A DNA stretch of 64,000 nt from Malacoraja senta (lineage: Eukaryota), in contig CM075989.1 in NCBI GenBank assembly GCA_038087875.1, positions 11,718,001-11,782,000 of the forward strand. Direction: 5' to 3'. How positions within the stretch are numbered: the first letter of the stretch is position 1; each line of letters begins with the position of its first letter. The notes under the pieces are model-generated. The model did not search any database. It was not told the DNA's origin and worked only from the letters and a program-made list of their open reading frames with translations. Of this stretch, positions 63,911 to 64,000 are shown in pieces. Position numbers and translations under genes: made by a program.

Positions 63911-64000
63911 CTAAACATCCAAAAAGGATGAAGTTCATTATTATGCCGCAACTGCATTATACTGTAAGTAAAAATGAAACTTAAAGTTCATCCCTTATTT

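Overview
Eukaryotic, repeat-rich genomic DNA, almost certainly from a cartilaginous fish (skate/ray-like), judged from HE1-type V-SINEs, CR1/HER1 LINEs, Deu-domain SINEs and Penelope-derived repeats. Two spliced genes converge tail-to-tail. FRMD5 lies on + (exons 2-4 at 22254-34595 and the terminal transmembrane-coding exon at 50214-50782). Its middle exons are not visible and probably fall in the 200-N gap. WDR76 lies on - (10 consecutive coding exons, 63910 down to 54191; 5' exons are outside the window). Most ORFs in the track are spurious or transposon fragments. Best observations: (1) a 138-bp short retroelement (18503-18640, -) whose first 54 nt fold as a compact HDV/CPEB3-like ribozyme, with the target-site duplication abutting the predicted cleavage site and a (GAA)n tail like that of an Ingi/Vingi-like LINE fragment in the same window; (2) a candidate internal first exon of FRMD5 (40494-40701, CpG-rich, TATA boxes, strong Kozak) that splices in frame to the last exon to give a FERM-less ~258-aa membrane protein; (3) minimal hammerhead-ribozyme motifs in Penelope-derived repeats; (4) a repair-like templated local copy of a CR1 segment inside a SINE. 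Family names and comparisons to human genes come from recalled knowledge and were not checked by database search.
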